Program-made: the position numbers and the translations under genes
Assembly (NCBI GenBank): GCA_028714495.1
Contig: JAQTMH010000002.1
Coordinates: 163,714-227,713 of the forward strand
Source: Patescibacteria group bacterium
GTDB taxonomy: Bacteria > Patescibacteriota > Patescibacteriia > JAHIZJ01
Length of the DNA stretch: 64,000 nucleotides
Reading direction: 5' to 3'
Notes under the pieces: generated by a model
Database searches by the model: none
Told to the model about the DNA's origin: nothing
What the model saw: only the letters and a program-made list of their open reading frames with translations
In this document: positions 47,871 to 57,890 of the stretch, piece after piece
Position numbering within the stretch: the first letter of the stretch is position 1
How the letters are laid out: each line of letters opens with the position of its first letter

Positions 47871-48341
47871 TTATTTTTTCTTTTGGGCAAAGCTGCCGAC
47901 CACTGGTTTCTCGAGTTTGATCACGGCCGCCGGGCTCATTTTCAATGATTCTTCGAAGCAGCCTGAGCCGACCAAAATGGTCTTCTGGCGTTTTAACGAC
48001 GCTTCAAAATATACCGGCAATTTGTAGAGCTGTCCGAAGGGCGTGATCGCGCCAGGCTTGATATTAAGCTTCTTCTTCATCAAGCCCTCTTTCGGCAAAG
48101 CCACTTTTTTGGCCTTGGCCAGGACCTTTAACTTGTTGAAATCCAACCGGCTCGAGGCTGATAAAACCGCCAGTCCCAAACCGCCGTCGATCTGGACCAG
48201 GAGCGTTTTCGCGATCTGGGGCAGTTTCAACCGGAGCGTCTGAGCCACATCGTAGGCGGTATAAACAGTCTTATGTTTAACTACTTGGTATTTGATTTTG
48301 TTTTTGTCTAGATACTGCAGGAGCTTCTTTGGTGTAGCCAT
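47871..48341 (-). CDS. YbaK/ProX-like aminoacyl-tRNA deacylase
   Basis: 156 aa with the YbaK-fold pattern KTLLVQIDGGLGLAVLSASSRLDFNKLK...ITPFG. Confidence 0.6.
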   Translation of the reverse strand: MATPKKLLQYLDKNKIKYQVVKHKTVYTAYDVAQTLRLKLPQIAKTLLVQIDGGLGLAVLSASSRLDFNKLKVLAKAKKVALPKEGLMKKKLNIKPGAITPFGQLYKLPVYFEASLKRQKTILVGSGCFEESLKMSPAAVIKLEKPVVGSFAQKKK

Positions 48342-48355
48342 GGGTGTAATATTAA

Positions 48356-48673
48356 TTATTTAATCGTTTTATTGGGAGCGGGCTTATTCTTTTCAGCCTC
48401 GGCTATTTGACAAATTTCGAGCTTAACTCCGCCTACCCAGTCCGACCAAAGGTTATAGAGCCAGGCGACTAAGACACCGAAGATAAATCCCGCGATATAA
48501 CCCAGAACCACCAGGCCAATGCCAAAACCGATTATCCATCCGGCATCCGAATCTATCAAAAAAGAGGCGTAAAAAATGATCGAAACAACCAGGCTGATGA
48601 GCGACAGGCAGCCAGAAATCCAGCCAGCCATCAGGGCCGAGCCGATAACGCTAATTTTCTTAATTTCGTACAT
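48356..48673 (-). CDS. Small membrane protein (hypothetical)
   Basis: 105 aa with 3 TM helices. Confidence 0.4.
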   Translation of the reverse strand: MYEIKKISVIGSALMAGWISGCLSLISLVVSIIFYASFLIDSDAGWIIGFGIGLVVLGYIAGFIFGVLVAWLYNLWSDWVGGVKLEICQIAEAEKNKPAPNKTIK

Positions 48674-48690
48674 ACTTTTTTAATTAATGG

Positions 48691-49239
48691 CTATTTTTCG
48701 TTTAGTTGCTTCCGGCGTTGCAGGAAAACTATCAGTCCGGTTAGAATAATAATCAGAAATATAAAGACCAGATACACCCCAAGCGTCTTCTGCTGGACCA
48801 CGAGAAAAGCCGCCAGTTCTATCACCACGTGGACCAGAAGCCAAAAGGCAAAAACTACACCAGACCAGGTTAAGCCCCGGTAGTAGGGCTGGCCGGTGGT
48901 TCTTAAATGGGTAAAGAAATACAGAATAATCGCGCCAAGCAAGATCGGGATAGCGAAGGCGCTGTGCAACATTATTTCATTAGTTCGGTAGTCGGCCGTC
49001 TGACAATTAACTGATTGATAAATCGGGGTAGCGCTTTCATATAATACAGCCGGGTGATATGAGCTAAGGCGGCAACCACCGTATTCAGGGTTGAAGGCTT
49101 TGTTCAAGTCGGAAAAAACCCGCTCGCCCAAAAGTATCAGAACGACCGTTAAAATAATGATTAATACGATAGCCAGCGGAGCAGTCGCGTGCTTCTTAGG
49201 TTGCGCTATGGGTGCGTTGGCTAAAACATTGTTGGCCAT
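48691..49239 (-). CDS. Membrane protein (hypothetical)
   Basis: 182 aa with 4 TM helices. Confidence 0.4.
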   Translation of the reverse strand: MANNVLANAPIAQPKKHATAPLAIVLIIILTVVLILLGERVFSDLNKAFNPEYGGCRLSSYHPAVLYESATPIYQSVNCQTADYRTNEIMLHSAFAIPILLGAIILYFFTHLRTTGQPYYRGLTWSGVVFAFWLLVHVVIELAAFLVVQQKTLGVYLVFIFLIIILTGLIVFLQRRKQLNEK

Positions 49240-49243
49240 GGTT

Positions 49244-51094
49244 TTATTGTCGGTTAGTTTTAATCTTATTGTTACTTGGTTTAGTCTCTTTTTTATTGAG
49301 AAAAAAGAAGATTAATACCAGCAAAACCACGCTCAAAAAAGAGCCGGAGAGCATAACGATTTCAAAAGCCCGCGTTTTATCAGCCGACTTCTCCGGAGCA
49401 TTAACAGCCGTATCGTCATCCGCCTGTCGGAAGATCAGATCATCCTTCATCTCCGTGGTTTGCATCACTCGATAGAATTTGGTCAAATAATATTTTTTCT
49501 GGCTGGCCTGAACCCAAGGCTGGGTTTGATCATCAAAAGCCAGCTCTTCGACCTGCTTCTTTGTCAGCCAACCGGCATAAGGCGTGCTATACCCCGGCGC
49601 TGACTGTTTATGACCGCTAATTACGTAGAGAGTGAGTGTTACTGTCGCTGGCGGTTCATAGGTCGTCCAGCCTGACGCCGTACGATTATAGACCAGCAGC
49701 TCGATTTGACCGTCGCGCCTGGTCAGGTTCAAGTTATTTTCAAATGACGCTGACCAAAGGAGCGAGTCCAGCTGTTCATTCGAACCGAGCGAATAGCTGG
49801 CGGCGATTTGTTCAGTGGTTAGGGCTGAATTGAATATTGCTAATTCGTCCATGCCACCGCCTAAAGGATATTCGTCTAGATATATTCCCCGCTGGCCAAA
49901 GTAAATCGTGCCTGAAGTTGTGGGATTAATATCGCCGGCCACAAGTACTTCCTTAATGTTGTTTCTGTCGCGAGTGGCTAAAGCCTGTCCGTCAAAGTAA
50001 ATTTGCGGCTTCTGATTTTCAGCCCAGGTTACGGCTACTTGATGCCAACCAGTCGAAGTCGTGTCCGAATCAATAAAGGATTGCCAGATAGTAGCTTGAC
50101 CTGATTCAGAATAGTCAGCAAATTCGATTTTTCTTCCTTGAGAACGAAATTCCATAATATCGTTTGACTCTGAGCTTACGACATTCACAAATTCCTGATA
50201 AGTGGCTCCATCGGAGAAATCAAGTCCTTTAACCCAAAGCGCCATGGTCCCGGCTGAAGCGTTAAAATTGCCCATAATCGGCACAATCAATTGATCCCCT
50301 TTACCAAGGCGTATCGCTTGGCCGGATTTACCGGTGAGATATCTGGGGTTCGTAGTGTTTGTAGCTATCTGAGCGTCTTCTGTAATCCCCGACTCTGGAG
50401 TTGGCTCATCTCTATATATTATCTGGCTGTCATCGTTGTAATAATTCATCGCTCCCGAAATCTTCAAGGGGTAGATAATCTTGTCGGATTTAAATACGAT
50501 TTTCACTGGGGTGGCATGGCCGGTTTTCAACTCCTGGCCTACTTGGTCGCTTAATTCCTCGGCGTTGATTTTCATGGCCACGAAATACCAGCCTTCATTA
50601 ACGTAATCCTCAAGAATTCTCTCCCCCAGCGAAGGATAATAGTAATCATTGTCATCAAACCACTCGAGCAATTCATCCGTGTCCTCGGCCTGAAGAGTGG
50701 TAACTTCGTAATAATCGACTTTTTTTGTTTCAATCACATTGACCCCGCTTTCCTTGGTATCTTCGATAGAACCAATTGGGTAATCCAGCCTCTGGCTGTA
50801 GTTCGCTATCTGGGTCAATTCTTCGAGCGAGGTGAATAATTCATCAGATGATTTTGAAATCTCCGGCTTATTTGGAGTCGGCACGAGCCAGGCGAAATCA
50901 CGGGCATCGCCCTGAAAAGCCGTGGACAGAACTAAGGTCTCGGTTCCGTTCTCGTAAAAAATTGCCGCCTTTTGCGCGGTTTCGTACATGTAATAATCGG
51001 GCGGCGGCACTATCATGCCATCAGCCAGGGCGACCGAGGGCAGCATTAAAGAAGCCGTTAAGATAAAAAATGCTGTTTTGATCAATTTTTTCAT
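49244..51094 (-). CDS. Secreted protein with a LamG-like (concanavalin-A-like lectin) domain and a C-terminal TM anchor
   Basis: Signal peptide. Central region GTMALWVKGLDFSDG...WHQVAVTW...IYFDGQ...MDELAIFNSALTTEQI is typical of Laminin_G_3. A hydrophobic helix and a basic tail end the protein. Confidence 0.5.
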   Translation of the reverse strand: MKKLIKTAFFILTASLMLPSVALADGMIVPPPDYYMYETAQKAAIFYENGTETLVLSTAFQGDARDFAWLVPTPNKPEISKSSDELFTSLEELTQIANYSQRLDYPIGSIEDTKESGVNVIETKKVDYYEVTTLQAEDTDELLEWFDDNDYYYPSLGERILEDYVNEGWYFVAMKINAEELSDQVGQELKTGHATPVKIVFKSDKIIYPLKISGAMNYYNDDSQIIYRDEPTPESGITEDAQIATNTTNPRYLTGKSGQAIRLGKGDQLIVPIMGNFNASAGTMALWVKGLDFSDGATYQEFVNVVSSESNDIMEFRSQGRKIEFADYSESGQATIWQSFIDSDTTSTGWHQVAVTWAENQKPQIYFDGQALATRDRNNIKEVLVAGDINPTTSGTIYFGQRGIYLDEYPLGGGMDELAIFNSALTTEQIAASYSLGSNEQLDSLLWSASFENNLNLTRRDGQIELLVYNRTASGWTTYEPPATVTLTLYVISGHKQSAPGYSTPYAGWLTKKQVEELAFDDQTQPWVQASQKKYYLTKFYRVMQTTEMKDDLIFRQADDDTAVNAPEKSADKTRAFEIVMLSGSFLSVVLLVLIFFFLNKKETKPSNNKIKTNRQ

Positions 51095-51098
51095 GATA

Positions 51099-51428
51099 TT
51101 ATTTCTTCTTTTTTAAATGTAAGGGCAGGGCTTGCTGGCGGCCGAGAAGACTCCGAGCCGTCCGCCGGCCGAACGGTGTCAATTTCACCTCGCCAATAAA
51201 CCATTTTTGAGAGGTCCGCCGGCCAAAGCCGATAAGCAATTCCTTGTCGATCAATCGTTCCAGGCTTTTGGTAATAATATTCTGGATATCATCGATTTTG
51301 GGGTGCTTGGCCTGGCCATTGTAAAATTTAATGATGCCTGAACGAGGGTAGTTTTTCGAACGGCTGGCTGCTACTTCGCGCAAAATAAATTTTTGAAGCG
51401 GAGAGAGCTTCATTTTAGCCTTTATCAA
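51099..51428 (-). CDS. Small basic hypothetical protein (possible winged-helix DNA binding)
   Basis: 109-aa Lys/Arg-rich ORF that overlaps the aspS start by 14 nt. Confidence 0.35.
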   Translation of the reverse strand: MIKAKMKLSPLQKFILREVAASRSKNYPRSGIIKFYNGQAKHPKIDDIQNIITKSLERLIDKELLIGFGRRTSQKWFIGEVKLTPFGRRTARSLLGRQQALPLHLKKKK

Positions 51429-52827
51429 CTCTTAAGCCTAAATCACGGAGCTGGGCTGGAGTAACCTTGGTCGGTGAATCCATCATCGGATCCCGGCCTT
51501 CGCTCGTCAGAGGAAAAGCAATCACCTCTTTCAGGTTTTTTTCTCCCAGGATCGCCATTAGCAGGCGCTCAATGCCCGGGGCAATGCCGCCGTGGGGCGG
51601 GACACCGTATTGAAAAGCCGTGAGCAAATGCTTAAATTGTTTTTTCTGGTCCTTAGTAAAACCGATGATGTCAAAAACTTTCTCCTGGATCTCCGCCTGG
51701 TGGATCCGAATGCTCCCGCCGCCGACCTCAAATCCGTTTAACACCAAGTCGTGCTGGTAGGAATGTACTTTTTCAGGAGCGGTGTCCAAAAGCGGCAGAT
51801 CCTCTTCCTTGGGCGCCGTAAACATGTGATGTGAAGGCGCTAATTTATCCCCGGCCCCGTGGAAAAAATCTTCCTTTGTCTGTTTTGTGAAAAGCGGAAA
51901 ATCAACTATCCAGGCAAAGGCCAATTCGTCCTTGTTGTCCCGGTTCTTCCTCAAATCCGGCTTGTCAGTGCCGTACTTCTCCATTGCCTCGGCGTGCTTT
52001 AACCTTGGCCAAGGTTCCTGGCTGAGGCGCTTGTTTGGAAAAAGCTTTTTGACAAGAGCGGTGACCATTTCCTCGACCAGCTTCAAAATATCGTCTTGGC
52101 TGATAAAAGCCATCTCAATATCCAGTTGGTAAAATTCGCCAGGACTGCGGTCAGCTCGGGCATCTTCATCGCGAAAGCATGGAGCAATCTGAAAATACTT
52201 TTCAAAACCCGCCACCATCAAGAGCTGCTTGTACTGCTGGGGCGATTGGGGCAAGGCGAAAAACTTACCCTTTTGAAGCCGCGAGGGGACCAGATAATCC
52301 CGGGCTCCCTCGGGAGTTGATTTAGAAAGTATCGGCGTTTGAATTTCGGCAAATCCCCGGCCGTGCAGCCAATCGCGTAAAAACCACATCATTTCAGATC
52401 GTAAAATCAAATTTTGTCTCATTCTCTCGTGGCGCAGATCAAGGTAGCGGTATTTCAAACGCAGCTCCTCCGAAGCTTGCCGCGTCTCATTGTCAATCTC
52501 AAATGGCGGTGTAAATGATGGACATAATATCACTAGGTTTCTTGCAATAAGGTCGATTCGGCCAGTCGTCTGCTTTGGATTAATGTTTTTCCCAATACGC
52601 TCAACGACTTGTCCAGTTACCTGAATAACCGATTCCGGCTTAACACTCTTGGCTTTTGCAAATGGTTCCGCTTGATCATTTAAAAAAACAATCTGTAAAT
52701 GCCCGCTGATATCGCGCAAATTAATAAAAATAATCTGGCTGAGAATCCGTATTTTCTCAACCCAGCCAGCCACGGTAACGATCCGGCTTACAGATTTAAT
52801 TGTTTGAGAGGAAAGTATTCTCTGCAT
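51415..52827 (-). CDS. aspS: Aspartyl-tRNA synthetase, bacterial-type motifs but lacking the GAD insertion domain
   Basis: Class IIb. OB-fold N-domain, FQIAPCFRDEDARADRSPGEFYQLDIEMAF (bacterial AspRS motif 2), and GGGSIRIH...PPHGGIAPGIERLLM (motif 3). It is only 470 aa. Confidence 0.8.
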   Translation of the reverse strand: MQRILSSQTIKSVSRIVTVAGWVEKIRILSQIIFINLRDISGHLQIVFLNDQAEPFAKAKSVKPESVIQVTGQVVERIGKNINPKQTTGRIDLIARNLVILCPSFTPPFEIDNETRQASEELRLKYRYLDLRHERMRQNLILRSEMMWFLRDWLHGRGFAEIQTPILSKSTPEGARDYLVPSRLQKGKFFALPQSPQQYKQLLMVAGFEKYFQIAPCFRDEDARADRSPGEFYQLDIEMAFISQDDILKLVEEMVTALVKKLFPNKRLSQEPWPRLKHAEAMEKYGTDKPDLRKNRDNKDELAFAWIVDFPLFTKQTKEDFFHGAGDKLAPSHHMFTAPKEEDLPLLDTAPEKVHSYQHDLVLNGFEVGGGSIRIHQAEIQEKVFDIIGFTKDQKKQFKHLLTAFQYGVPPHGGIAPGIERLLMAILGEKNLKEVIAFPLTSEGRDPMMDSPTKVTPAQLRDLGLRVDKG

Positions 52828-52838
52828 ATAAATGAATC

Positions 52839-54131
52839 CTAGGGCTTTAAACGATTAATGAGGCGCGGGAATGGAATAGTCTCGCGGATATGCTCCAGCC
52901 CGCAAATCCAGCGCACCAGCCGCTCCAAACCCAGGCCGAAACCCGAGTGCGGGAATGAACCATAGCGCCGTAAATCAAGATACCATTCGAAATCCTTGCG
53001 CGGGAGTTTGAATTCCTTGAGCCGCTTTTCCAAAAGCTTCAGATCATCTATTCTCTCTGACCCGCCGATAATTTCACCAAAGCCTTCTGGCGCCAGCAAA
53101 TCATCGCCCAGCGAGAGTTCGGGATCAGCCGGGTCAGGCTTCATGTAAAAGGCCTTGATCTTTGTCGGGAAGTGGGTGATGAAAACCGGCTTGTCAAATT
53201 GTTTCGAGAGAACCGTTTCTTCGTCGCCCCCAAAGTCATCTCCCCTTTTCATTTTTAAACCCGCCTTGATTAATCTGGTAACAGCCTCGTCATAGGTAAG
53301 GCGCGGGAAAGGAACTGCTACTTTTTCCAAAATCTTGGTATCTCGCTCAAGCAGTTTTAATTCCTCCCGCCTTTCAATCAAGATGTTTTGAACAACCTGG
53401 CTGACAAGCTCTTCCTGGATTTTCAAATTCTCTTCGAAATCCACAAAAGCCGCTTCGGCATCAAGCATCCAAAACTCAGTTAGGTGGCGCCGGGTCTTTG
53501 ATTTTTCCGCGCGGAAGGTCGGACCAAAATCATACACCCGGCCCAAAGCCGCGGCCGTGGCCTCGATATAGAGCTGGCCGGTCTGGGCCAGATAAGCTTT
53601 TGTGTCAAAATAGTCGGTGCTAAAAAGGGTGGTCGTGCCTTCGCAGGAAGTCGGGGTGAGAACTGGCGAATCAGTCAGGACAAATCCCCGTTCGCGAAAA
53701 AACTTCCTAAGTTGCCAAACCACTTCATCCCGCACTTTTAAAATCGCGGCCTGACGCGCTGAGCGCAGCCAAAGATGTCTATTGTCCATCAAAAACTCAG
53801 GGCCGTGCTCTTTCTTGGCAATCGGATATTCCTCAGCCAGCTGAATAATCTTCAGATCCTTTACCTCAAGTTCAAAACCGTAGGCAGAACGCTTATCCTC
53901 GTGGACCGTGCCAAAAAGCTCGATTGAGCTTTCCATGGTCAGTTTCCCGCAAGCCTGCCAAGTCTTTGAATCAACCTCTTTTTTGCTGATTACAGCCTGA
54001 ATCCGGCCGCTGCCATCCCGAAATTGGAGGAAATAAATACTGCCCGAAGAACGGACATTAAAAACCCAGCCCTTTAGGCTGACCTCTTTTTCTGGATACT
54101 TTGATACCTCGGAAAGCTGAATTAATGGCAT
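52839..54131 (-). CDS. asnS: Asparaginyl-tRNA synthetase (class IIb)
   Basis: FRAEKSKTRRHLTEFWMLDAEAAF closely matches AsnRS motif 2. The C-terminus reads GSFPHSGFGLGLERLV. Confidence 0.7.
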   Translation of the reverse strand: MPLIQLSEVSKYPEKEVSLKGWVFNVRSSGSIYFLQFRDGSGRIQAVISKKEVDSKTWQACGKLTMESSIELFGTVHEDKRSAYGFELEVKDLKIIQLAEEYPIAKKEHGPEFLMDNRHLWLRSARQAAILKVRDEVVWQLRKFFRERGFVLTDSPVLTPTSCEGTTTLFSTDYFDTKAYLAQTGQLYIEATAAALGRVYDFGPTFRAEKSKTRRHLTEFWMLDAEAAFVDFEENLKIQEELVSQVVQNILIERREELKLLERDTKILEKVAVPFPRLTYDEAVTRLIKAGLKMKRGDDFGGDEETVLSKQFDKPVFITHFPTKIKAFYMKPDPADPELSLGDDLLAPEGFGEIIGGSERIDDLKLLEKRLKEFKLPRKDFEWYLDLRRYGSFPHSGFGLGLERLVRWICGLEHIRETIPFPRLINRLKP

Positions 54132-54372
54132 ATAAAAAATCGCTATTTAGTGAATAAATTATAGCGATTTTCTGCGAAGAAGTCAAAAAGCAGAATATTT
54201 CACAATAATCATTTAAACATTTCGTTAAATGTTGTTGAACAACCAAATACTAAATATTCCAGAAAATAATATGCTGGGTATCAATAGGAAAATCAAATGC
54301 TCCATATTATGTACCAACTAAAGAAGATGAGGAATTCAACATTACTATTAATAATTTTGAATTAACCTTAAT

Positions 54373-54408
54373 GCTATCATGCTATATAGCATGATAGCAC
54401 ATGATAGC
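54373..54408. promoter_or_regulatory. 26-bp perfect AT-rich palindrome plus an extra half-site, a candidate operator upstream of asnS
   Basis: gctatcatgctatatagcatgatagc (54373-54398) followed by ac atgatagc. It lies in the 340-bp AT-rich spacer 5' of asnS on the minus strand. Confidence 0.35.
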
Positions 54409-54471
54409 GCCACAAAAATTTATGGCTTCAGTGCCGCGCTTGCTGGAAATATGCGGTGACATAATTTGGCG

Positions 54472-55074
54472 CTACAAATCAACACCCCTGGGATTTTCTT
54501 TATTCTTTTTTATTCGCGCAATCAAAACGCAAAAAATTACTACAATAACGGCTCCTAACAAGTTCCACATCAAGTCATCAGCCGTATCAAACAAATCCGT
54601 TATCCGGTGGGTGGGAAAAAGCTGATCTCCGATGTATTCTGATATTTCATATATAACCACTATCAGCATTGTTAGGCTGATAGACACCATATTAGTCAAC
54701 CAGCTCGGCAGTCGCAGTAAAGATTTTTTATGGAATTCGCTTAAGACCGCCCAGAACATGGCTGTCGGAGCCATTGAACCTACGAAATGAGCCAGCTTGT
54801 CCCACCAAAGTATCCGCCCAAAAAGATGCTGGAAATTGGCCAACCCATCGATCCAAATCCCGGCCGCCACCAGCCAAGCGATTATCCAAGGCAAGGCAAT
54901 TCCGCGGCGGCGCAGAGAAAAAAATATTATAAGAAAAATCCCCCCGCCAACAATGTTTGTTACCGATAAAGCCACTTGTCGCGGCCAGGTGTCGTATTTC
55001 GTCGCCAGCTCGATTACCAACAACACGACAAGTGAGACAAAAGCCATCGCCGTAAAAACGTCATTTCTCCGCAT
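54472..55074 (-). CDS. Polytopic membrane protein (hypothetical)
   Basis: 200 aa with 5-6 TM helices. Confidence 0.45.
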   Translation of the reverse strand: MRRNDVFTAMAFVSLVVLLVIELATKYDTWPRQVALSVTNIVGGGIFLIIFFSLRRRGIALPWIIAWLVAAGIWIDGLANFQHLFGRILWWDKLAHFVGSMAPTAMFWAVLSEFHKKSLLRLPSWLTNMVSISLTMLIVVIYEISEYIGDQLFPTHRITDLFDTADDLMWNLLGAVIVVIFCVLIARIKKNKENPRGVDL

Positions 55075-57751
55075 ATACTTTTTTTTGCTGCAAGAATAAA
55101 TATTTTAATAGCTCGATAAAAAGAATAACGAATACGACCACCGCTCCGATAATCAGCCAGTGCTCCAACGTCAGGGGAACCGTCTGCAGTACTTTTTGGA
55201 TTGGGCCGAGATACACAGCCGCGAATTGGAGTAACATTCCGCCCAACACCGCTATGATCAGCCAGGGGTTTGAAAAAGGATTTTGCTTAAATACGGATAC
55301 CCGGAGCGAGCGGCAGCTAAAAACGTAAATCAGCGAATCGATTCCGACCGAGGTAAAAGCTATGGTCCTGGCTAGATTCAAATCATCGGTTGTCTTCCAA
55401 AAGTAATAAAAAAGTCCGAGCGTCACTATCCCGGTAACAGCGCTGATCGTCCCAATCAGCGTTTTCATCTCAGTATCGAGAATGGACGCCTGACGGCGAA
55501 TCGGCCGCTCATCCATAATGTGTTTTTCTTCTGGTTCGACTGTCAGGGCCATATTGGGCAGGCCATCGCCGACCAGATTGATCCATAATATCTGCGCGGC
55601 CAGAAGCGGCAAGGGAATGCCGAGAAACAAGGCTCCGGCAATAATTATGACTTCGGAAAAGCTGTCCGACATAAGATAAAGCACAATCTTCCGGATATTT
55701 TCAAAAATTACGCGTCCCTGTTTCACCGCCGCGACAATAGTTTTAAAATTGTTGTCCAAAATAACGAGATTAGCCGTCTCTTTGGCAATGTCCGTGCCCG
55801 AACCGACTGCCACGCCGATATCAGCCGCTCGCAAAGCCGGCGCGTCATTGACGCCGTCGCCGGTCATCGCCACCACCTCCCCGGCTGCCTGCCAGGCATC
55901 GACAATCCGAAGCTTGTCCCGAGGCGTTACCCGGGCATAAACTGAAATATTCCTGACTCGCTTTTGGAGTTCGGTATTGTTCATTTTTGCCAGCCCGTCG
56001 CCGTCTAAAATGTTTTCCGCTCTGGCTGGCAAACCCAGTTCCTGGGCAATCGCCTGCGCGGTCAGCCGGTGATCGCCAGTAATCATCACCGTGCTGATAC
56101 CGGCCCTTTGGCACAGAGCAATCGTTTCTTTAGCTTCCTGCCTCAGGGGATCTTTGATGCCCATCAGACCGACAAAGGCGAAATTCTCATAGAGCGCCGG
56201 CGATTCCTGCAACTTCTTCATTTCAAGCGGTACGAATTTAAAAGCCAAGGCGATAATCCTCAAACCTTTGTTGCTCAAATGCTCATAGCGTCTGCGGATT
56301 CGTTCCCGCTGATGCGGCAAAAAATGATGGAGCTTGCCCTCGATATCGATCAGGCTCGACATTTCCAAAATCTTTTCAGGCGCGCCCTTGAGATAAACAA
56401 TGTTATGAACCTTGGTATCGCGGTGGAGCGTCATCATCATTTTTCGATCAGAACTGAATGGGATTGTATCAAGCCGGGGTTGGATTTTTTCGAGATTCCG
56501 GCGGTTCAGGCCGATCTGGCTGCCGGCCAAGATTAGAGCTTTCTCGGTCGGGTTGCCCAATATTACCCAATCTTTCAAATCGCTGTATTCATTTTCAATA
56601 ATGGCGTCATTGCTGAGCACACCGATTTTTAAGGCTCTCAAAAAACTCGACTGGTCGCCGGTTTCCTGCAAATGCGTTTTAAATCTATCATGACCGGCTT
56701 CCAAATCGTGATTATTGGTAATCACCCTGACCACCCTCATTTCTCCCTCGGTTAATGTCCCCGTCTTGTCCGTACAAATTACTGTTGTCGAACCCAGGGT
56801 TTCAGCCGCTACCAGCTTCCGCACCAGGGCGTTTTTCTTCAAAACCCGCTGCATCCCGATCGCCAATACCACTGTTACGCCCACAGCCAGACCTTCTGGC
56901 ACCGCTGCCACGGCTAAGGCTACGGAGGTGGTAAACATTTCCAAAAAACTATGCCCGACCAAAAGGCCGATAGCCAGAATTGCCAGGCTGACAATAAGTA
57001 TAAAACCGCCTATCAGCCTGCTCAGAGAGTCAAGCTTGGTTTGGAGCGGTGTTTGCTCTTCTTTGGTTTCCTTAATAAGCTTGGCGATTTGGCCCAGTTC
57101 GGTCCGAAGGCCGGTTTCACAAACTATTCCCGCGCCCGTGCCGCCAATGACAATCGTCCCCATAAAAGCCATATTCACCCGATCAGCCAAAACCAAGTCC
57201 GGGCCGAGAATTTGAGTTATTTTCGTCACCGGATTGGCTTCGCCCGTTAACCTGGCCTCGTTTATCCTTAAATTGCTCGCTTCAATCAGGCGCAAATCAG
57301 CCGGTATCTTGTCTCCGGGCCGTAACACGACCAAGTCGCCGGGTACTAATTCCTTTACCTCAACCAATTTATCCTCGTTGTCGCGAACCACGATTGTCTG
57401 GAATTTCACGATCTGGCGCAGTTTCTCCATCGCCTTCATGGCCCGGCGTTCCTGAAAAAATCCCACAATGACATTCAGAAAAACCGCCGCCAAAATCACG
57501 TACATATCAACCAAATCTTCCAGGAGCAAACTGATGCCCGCGGCCACCAGCAGAATATAAACCAGGGAATTTTTAAACTGCCTCAAAAAAACAATCAGGC
57601 CCGTGATCTTCTTCCCTTCGGGCAGGACATTCAAACCGTGTTGTTTTTGACGAAGACTGACCTCTCGATTGGTCAAACCTGTCTTCCGGGTCTTGAGCAA
57701 ATCAAAAACTTTTGGAAGGGCTAAATTATACCAAACAATATTGGTGGTCAT
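55061..57751 (-). CDS. P-type cation-transporting ATPase (P2-type, Ca2+/Mg2+-like)
   Basis: Phosphorylation motif ICTDKTGTLT, TGES-like actuator, hinge MITGDHRLTA, GDGVNDAPAL and 10 TM helices. Confidence 0.85.
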   Translation of the reverse strand: MTTNIVWYNLALPKVFDLLKTRKTGLTNREVSLRQKQHGLNVLPEGKKITGLIVFLRQFKNSLVYILLVAAGISLLLEDLVDMYVILAAVFLNVIVGFFQERRAMKAMEKLRQIVKFQTIVVRDNEDKLVEVKELVPGDLVVLRPGDKIPADLRLIEASNLRINEARLTGEANPVTKITQILGPDLVLADRVNMAFMGTIVIGGTGAGIVCETGLRTELGQIAKLIKETKEEQTPLQTKLDSLSRLIGGFILIVSLAILAIGLLVGHSFLEMFTTSVALAVAAVPEGLAVGVTVVLAIGMQRVLKKNALVRKLVAAETLGSTTVICTDKTGTLTEGEMRVVRVITNNHDLEAGHDRFKTHLQETGDQSSFLRALKIGVLSNDAIIENEYSDLKDWVILGNPTEKALILAGSQIGLNRRNLEKIQPRLDTIPFSSDRKMMMTLHRDTKVHNIVYLKGAPEKILEMSSLIDIEGKLHHFLPHQRERIRRRYEHLSNKGLRIIALAFKFVPLEMKKLQESPALYENFAFVGLMGIKDPLRQEAKETIALCQRAGISTVMITGDHRLTAQAIAQELGLPARAENILDGDGLAKMNNTELQKRVRNISVYARVTPRDKLRIVDAWQAAGEVVAMTGDGVNDAPALRAADIGVAVGSGTDIAKETANLVILDNNFKTIVAAVKQGRVIFENIRKIVLYLMSDSFSEVIIIAGALFLGIPLPLLAAQILWINLVGDGLPNMALTVEPEEKHIMDERPIRRQASILDTEMKTLIGTISAVTGIVTLGLFYYFWKTTDDLNLARTIAFTSVGIDSLIYVFSCRSLRVSVFKQNPFSNPWLIIAVLGGMLLQFAAVYLGPIQKVLQTVPLTLEHWLIIGAVVVFVILFIELLKYLFLQQKKVYAEK

Positions 57752-57890
57752 AACTGCCTTAAATTGTACAATAAAAAAACGTTATTATCAATATAACGCT
57801 TAATAGGCCCCTTCAGTGCGAGCGGGGTAACAGGGTTTCGCTTCGGCTCGAGGCATGACAGAATTTCCCCCGCACCCCTCTTATGCCAGC

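Noticed and set aside
57752-57890. The GC-rich structured segment between the P-type ATPase start and the 57891 gene was considered as a small RNA (SRP, tmRNA or riboswitch).
   Set aside because: No conserved RNA-family motifs were found. The hairpins (ccgacga..tcgtcgg, the UUCG-like gcttcggc loop) are adequately explained as terminator or 5'-UTR structure.
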